Source: an uncultured Arcobacteraceae bacterium (lineage in GTDB: Bacteria > Campylobacterota > Campylobacteria > Campylobacterales > Arcobacteraceae). From it: a stretch of DNA of 64,000 nt. The DNA is taken from contig CAXHZO010000003.1 in the NCBI GenBank assembly GCA_964022095.1, forward strand, positions 173,415 through 237,414. The letters are read 5' to 3'. The notes beneath the pieces were generated by a model. The model saw only the letters and a list, made by a program, of their open reading frames with translations. It made no database searches and had not been told where the DNA came from. The number at the start of each line of letters is the position of its first letter. Within the stretch, counting starts at the first letter, position 1. Position numbers and translations under genes: made by a program. This document shows positions 59,645 through 64,000 of this stretch, one piece after another.

Positions 59645-59961
59645 CAACTGTAGCTTGGATATATCTGATTATTGCAGGTATATTGGAAGCATTTTGGGCA
59701 ATTGGATTAAAGTTTAGTGAAGGTTTTACTAAACCAATTCCTACAACAATTACTTTAGTTTTAGTGTTAAGTAGTTTTTATTTACTCTCTCAATCTATGA
59801 AAGTTTTGCCAGTTAGTTATGCTTATGCTGTTTGGTGTGCTATTGGTATAGTTTCACTTGTCTTAATAGAGTATTTATATTTTCAGTCAACTTTAGGAGT
59901 TGCGAAAGTTATATCTATAATGCTGATTTTATTGGGAATTATAGGGTTGAAAATATTCTAA
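59635..59961 (+). CDS. gdx: SMR-family guanidinium exporter (Gdx/SugE type)
   Basis: WIYLIIAGILEAFWAIGLKFSEGFTK, AYAVW, GIIGLK; 4 TM; last gene of the riboswitch-led operon; start at ATG 59635. Confidence 0.8.
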   Translation: MSVTTVAWIYLIIAGILEAFWAIGLKFSEGFTKPIPTTITLVLVLSSFYLLSQSMKVLPVSYAYAVWCAIGIVSLVLIEYLYFQSTLGVAKVISIMLILLGIIGLKIF

Positions 59962-60049
59962 AATTTTTAATCTGTTCTTAAGTTTTAAACTAATAGAATA
60001 AAATTATCAAAGGAAAAATATTTTCCTTTAAATCAAGAAGGATAATTTT

Positions 60050-61477
60050 ATGAAAAAAATATTAACAACTACAGCTGGTAATCCAATATCTGATAATCAA
60101 AACTCTAAAACAGCAGGTCAAAGAGGGCCAGTATTATTAGAAGACTATCAATTAATTGAAAAACTAGCTCATCAAAACAGAGAAAGAATTCCAGAAAGAG
60201 TAGTTCACGCTAAAGGAAGTGGAGCATTTGGTGTTTTAGAAATTACTGAAGATATTTCAAAATATACTAAAGCAAAAGTATTACAAAAAGGTGAAAAAAC
60301 AAGACTTTTACTTAGATTCTCAACTGTTGCAGGTGAAAAAGGTGCAGCGGATGCAGAAAGAGATGTAAGAGGATTTGCTCTTAAATTCTATACAAAAGAA
60401 GGTAATTGGGATTTAGTTGGTAATAATACTCCTGTTTTTTTTATTAGAGATGCATATAAATTCCCTGATTTTATACATACCCAAAAAAGACATCCCGTTA
60501 CAAATCTAAGAAGTAATACAGCTGCTTGGGATTTTTGGTCATTAAGTCCAGAAAGTCTGCATCAAGTAACAATTTTAATGTCTGATAGAGGACTTCCAAA
60601 ATCATATAGACATGTAAATGGATATGGTTCACATACATATAGTTTAATTAATGACGAAGGTAAAAGAGTTTGGGTTAAATTTCACTTCAAAACAAAACAA
60701 GGAATTGAAACTATTACAAATAAAGAAGCAGAAGAGATTGTAGCTAAAGATAGAGAATCAAACCAAAGAGATTTATTTGAAAATATTGAAAATGGAAACT
60801 TTCCTAAGTGGAGTTTTGAAATTCAAGTTATGACAGAAGAGCAAGCAAAAGAATCTAATTTTAACCCATTTGACTTGACAAAAGTTTGGCCTCATGGAGA
60901 TTATCCAATGATTAAAGTTGGTGAAATGACTTTAAATGAAAATCCTAAAAACTATTTTAATGAAATAGAACAAGCTTCATTTTCTCCATCAAATGTAGTT
61001 CCAGGTATTGGATTCTCACCAGATAAAATGTTACAAGCTAGAATTTTCTCTTACCCAGATGCACATAGATACAGAGTAGGGACTCACTATGAAATGCTTC
61101 CTGTAAATAGACCAATAGTTGATGTAAATACTTATAATGCTGATGGAAGTATGAACTTTGAGCAAAGAGAGCGAACAGATATATACTATGAACCAAATAG
61201 CTTTAATGGACCAGTTGAAGATAAAAAATACTCTGAGCCACCACTTGAAGTTGGAAATGTAGCTGATAGATATGACCACAGAATTGGAAATGATGATTTT
61301 ACTCAAGTAACAGCACTATTTAATTTAATGAGTGAAAATCAAAAAGAACAACTATTTGGAAATATAGCTGCAGCTATGGAAGGTGTTCCAAGTGATATTG
61401 TAAATAGACAAATTACATTATTTGAAAAAGTAAATCCTGATTATGCAGCAGGAGTTAAAAAAGCATTAGGAGTTTAA
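60050..61477 (+). CDS. katA: Monofunctional heme catalase
   Basis: [44 protein letters not shown]. Confidence 0.96.
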   Translation: MKKILTTTAGNPISDNQNSKTAGQRGPVLLEDYQLIEKLAHQNRERIPERVVHAKGSGAFGVLEITEDISKYTKAKVLQKGEKTRLLLRFSTVAGEKGAADAERDVRGFALKFYTKEGNWDLVGNNTPVFFIRDAYKFPDFIHTQKRHPVTNLRSNTAAWDFWSLSPESLHQVTILMSDRGLPKSYRHVNGYGSHTYSLINDEGKRVWVKFHFKTKQGIETITNKEAEEIVAKDRESNQRDLFENIENGNFPKWSFEIQVMTEEQAKESNFNPFDLTKVWPHGDYPMIKVGEMTLNENPKNYFNEIEQASFSPSNVVPGIGFSPDKMLQARIFSYPDAHRYRVGTHYEMLPVNRPIVDVNTYNADGSMNFEQRERTDIYYEPNSFNGPVEDKKYSEPPLEVGNVADRYDHRIGNDDFTQVTALFNLMSENQKEQLFGNIAAAMEGVPSDIVNRQITLFEKVNPDYAAGVKKALGV

Positions 61478-61478
61478 C

Positions 61479-61955
61479 ATGACTGCAACAGCTAATGAAT
61501 TAAATAGATATGAAGAGTTACAGTTAATTGCTTTAGATTATGCAAGACATGGTATGACTGAAGATTTAAGGCTGATGCTAAATGCAGGAATGCCAGTAAA
61601 TCTTAGTGATCATAAAGGAAATACTTTAATCATGCTTGCTTCATATAATGGAAATGCTGATACAACTCAGCTTTTAGTAGATTATGAAGCTCAAGTTGAT
61701 AAAAAAAATGATAGAGGACAAACGCCACTTGCAGGTGTTTGTTTCAAAGGCTATTTAGAAATTGTTAAAATACTTGTAGAAGGTGGAGCAAATATTCATG
61801 AAAATAATGGAATGGGAACAACACCAATTATGTTTGCAAGTATGTTTGGAAATACTGAAATAGTTGAGTATTTAACTAGTCAAAATAATAGTTTTAAATC
61901 AAAAGTTTATTTAGGTATATCTAAATTTATCAACAAATTTAAAAAGAATAAATAA
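61479..61955 (+). CDS. Ankyrin-repeat protein downstream of catalase
   Basis: GNTLIMLASYNG, GQTPLAGVCFKG, GTTPIMFASMFG; katA-ankyrin pairing is known in Campylobacter and Pseudomonas. Confidence 0.9.
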   Translation: MTATANELNRYEELQLIALDYARHGMTEDLRLMLNAGMPVNLSDHKGNTLIMLASYNGNADTTQLLVDYEAQVDKKNDRGQTPLAGVCFKGYLEIVKILVEGGANIHENNGMGTTPIMFASMFGNTEIVEYLTSQNNSFKSKVYLGISKFINKFKKNK

Positions 61956-61972
61956 GAGGTTTTATCCTCTTA
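61953..61972 (+). terminator. katA-ankyrin terminator stem with no U-tract (abuts putative IS end)
   Basis: TAAGAGG-ttttat-CCTCTTA immediately followed by GAGATTGT. Confidence 0.55.
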
Positions 61973-62118
61973 GAGATTGTTCATAACTTTGTGTCAATAA
62001 ATGATAGTTGAATAAAATTATATCATAAAATCTAAAAAGAGTATATATTTTAAACTCCTGACTAAATAGAATCATGCACACACAATATGATATAATACAA
62101 ACAAAAAAAGAGAGTATT

Positions 62119-62757
62119 ATGCCATCAATTGAAATCTTAATAGCCTTTACCTTAGCTGCTTTATTAATGAATATTTCTCCTGGTCCATCTAATCTTTATG
62201 TAATGGCAAGAAGTATTGCACAAGGAACACAATGTGGAGTTATTGCAGCATTAGGGTTAGCAGTAGGTAGTTTAGTTCATGTAATAGCGACTGTATTAGG
62301 AGTGTCTGCTATTTTTAAACACTCACCAATGCTTTATACAATCATCAAACTATTAGGTGCAGGATACTTACTATATTTAGGTTATAGTTATTGGAAAGCT
62401 TCACAAGAAAAACATCCAGAAGCAAAAATGGAAAAGACTAAAGCTAAACCACTTTGGACAGTTTTTTATGAAAGTGTAATTGTTGAAGTAACTAATCCTA
62501 AAACAGCACTTTTCTTTATAGCTTTTTTACCACAATTTGTTGTACCTGAATCTGGTTCTATAGGAACTCAATTACTTATTCTTGGTATTATTGTAACTAT
62601 CTCTGCTATTCCTTGTGATTTATTAGTAGCTCTATTTTCAAGTAAAGTATCAAAATGGCTTGTTAGAAATGAAAGAGCACAAGTGATTCAAGAAAGAGTA
62701 TCAGGAAGTATTCTTATGGGAATGGGAGCTTATATTATTGCAGATGAAGTCAAATAA
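62119..62757 (+). CDS. LysE/RhtB family translocator
   Basis: ISPGPSNLYV, KLLGAGYLLYLG, TNPKTALFFIAFLPQF; start probably ATG 62119 (ORF track 62074). Confidence 0.92.
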   Translation: MPSIEILIAFTLAALLMNISPGPSNLYVMARSIAQGTQCGVIAALGLAVGSLVHVIATVLGVSAIFKHSPMLYTIIKLLGAGYLLYLGYSYWKASQEKHPEAKMEKTKAKPLWTVFYESVIVEVTNPKTALFFIAFLPQFVVPESGSIGTQLLILGIIVTISAIPCDLLVALFSSKVSKWLVRNERAQVIQERVSGSILMGMGAYIIADEVK

Positions 62758-62780
62758 AGGGAATATTACTCCCTTTATTT
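62752..62780. terminator. Bidirectional terminator between LysE and transposase genes
   Basis: AAATAAAGGGA-atattac-TCCCTTTATTT. Confidence 0.7.
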
Positions 62781-63982
62781 TATAATTCTAATTTATTATC
62801 AAGTCTCCCCTCAAAAAATATAGCCAGCTGAGAAATAGTAAGAGACCAATTCCTAATAGGCATAGTCCACTTTTTATTTGCATTCTGTATTCCCATATAC
62901 AATAATTTTAACAAAGAATTTTCATTAGGAAAAGCACCTTTGGTCTTAGTAAGCTTTCTAAATTGCCTATGCACAGATTCAATAATATTAGTTGTATAAA
63001 TTATCCTTCTAATATCTTCAGGATATTTAAAATAAGCAGATAAATTCTCCCATTTATTTTTCCAAGATTGAATTACAATAGGATATTTTTTGCTCCATTT
63101 TTCTTCAAGCTTATCAAGTTCTATTTCTGCAGCTTCTATAGAAATAGCTTGATATACAAGCTTTAAATCTTTCATAAACTCTTTTTGATTTTTAGAAGCT
63201 ACATATCTTATTGAGTTTCTTATTTGATGAACAATACAAAGCTGTATCTCTGTATTTGGAAAGATTGCATTTATAGCTTCTGGAAATCCTTTTAATCCAT
63301 CAATAGATGTAATAAGTATATCTTCTATTCCTCTATTGTTTAAATCAGTTAAAACTTGTAGCCAAAAGTTAGCACCTTCATTCTCTGAAAGATATAATCC
63401 AAGTATCTCTTTTTTACCATTTAGTCCTACACCTAAAATAGTGTAAACAGCTTTAGATATATATTTTCCATTATCTTTAATTTTATAATGAATAGCATCA
63501 AGCCAAACAAATGGATAAATTAATTCTAATGGTCTTTGTTGCCATTCTTTTAAAAGAGGTATAACTTTATCTGTAATAGAGCTAATTGTTGCTTTTGAGA
63601 ACTCTAACCCATACATTTCTTGAATATGTTCAGATATTTGAGAGTAACTGTTTCCTAAAGCATACAAAGATAAAATCTTCTGTTCTATATGGTCTGACAT
63701 ATGTGTTTGATGTTTCTTAACTATTTGAGGTTCATAAGAACCATTTCTATCTCTTGGAACATCAAGTTCAAATTCTCCTACACTACTTTTCATAGTCTTA
63801 GAAGATTTACCATTCTTCCTATTTTTATTTATCTCTGTTGTAAGATGAGATTCAAGTTCTGCTTGTAGTGCTGCTTCAGTAAGTTGTTTGATAAGTGGAG
63901 CTAAAACTCCATCCTTACCATCTATTTTAGCACCTGCTTTAATTTGTTCAAGTGCATCTGTTAAATCAAGTGTTTGATTCAT
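62780..63982 (-). CDS. IS256 family (mutator-type DDE) transposase
   Basis: VPRDRNGSYEP, YPFVWLDAIHYK, DGLKGFPEAI, QLCIVHQIRNS, IYTTNIIESVHRQFRK; intact 400 aa. Confidence 0.96.
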   Translation of the reverse strand: MNQTLDLTDALEQIKAGAKIDGKDGVLAPLIKQLTEAALQAELESHLTTEINKNRKNGKSSKTMKSSVGEFELDVPRDRNGSYEPQIVKKHQTHMSDHIEQKILSLYALGNSYSQISEHIQEMYGLEFSKATISSITDKVIPLLKEWQQRPLELIYPFVWLDAIHYKIKDNGKYISKAVYTILGVGLNGKKEILGLYLSENEGANFWLQVLTDLNNRGIEDILITSIDGLKGFPEAINAIFPNTEIQLCIVHQIRNSIRYVASKNQKEFMKDLKLVYQAISIEAAEIELDKLEEKWSKKYPIVIQSWKNKWENLSAYFKYPEDIRRIIYTTNIIESVHRQFRKLTKTKGAFPNENSLLKLLYMGIQNANKKWTMPIRNWSLTISQLAIFFEGRLDNKLEL

Positions 63983-64000
63983 TGTTCAATCCTTTAGAAT

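Larger units (their letters stand above)
61973..64000 (-). mobile_element. IS256-family element, probably including the LysE gene; other end beyond the window
   Basis: IS256 transposase at 62780-63982; IS256-like terminal sequence GAGATTGTTCATAACTTTGTGTCA at 61973-61996. Confidence 0.65.

Noticed and set aside
62752-62780. Palindrome as IS256 terminal inverted repeat
   Set aside because: Self-complementary hairpin between convergent stops, typical of a bidirectional terminator, with no resemblance to IS256 ends
1-64000. CRISPR array, tRNA, rRNA, prophage or defence system
   Set aside because: No regularly spaced repeats, structural RNA signatures, or phage or defence protein motifs were seen

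Overview
AT-rich chromosomal window whose gene content and HQWRQP-type histidine kinases point to Campylobacterota, probably Arcobacteraceae (inference). No rRNA, tRNA or CRISPR array was seen. From left to right: (1) a cytochrome c peroxidase gene upstream of a DAHL/PAS histidine kinase, an AEC transporter, and an alanine/glycine:cation symporter with a two-component system; (2) a destroyed diaminobutyrate/ectoine-type operon (ectB-like ... doeA-doeB2) whose middle is replaced by a ~9.25 kb block (SDR, TetR, TolC-MFP-RND pump, dicarboxylate symporter, patatin fragment), with broken genes at both junctions; (3) aspA, asparaginase, ferritin, ppaC and other housekeeping genes; (4) a 3927-aa VCBS/cadherin/RTX adhesin carrying several inserted putative ligand-binding domains (ILEI-like, pentraxin-like, a duplicated unknown domain); (5) a globin, split LetA and a 7-MCE LetB; (6) a complete guanidine uptake/assimilation/export operon with a guanidine-I riboswitch at its head and a second, guanidine-II (mini-ykkC) riboswitch inside it, before the carboxylase; (7) katA-ankyrin and an IS256-family element that appears to carry a LysE exporter as passenger. 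All family assignments come from motif recognition by eye, not database searches.
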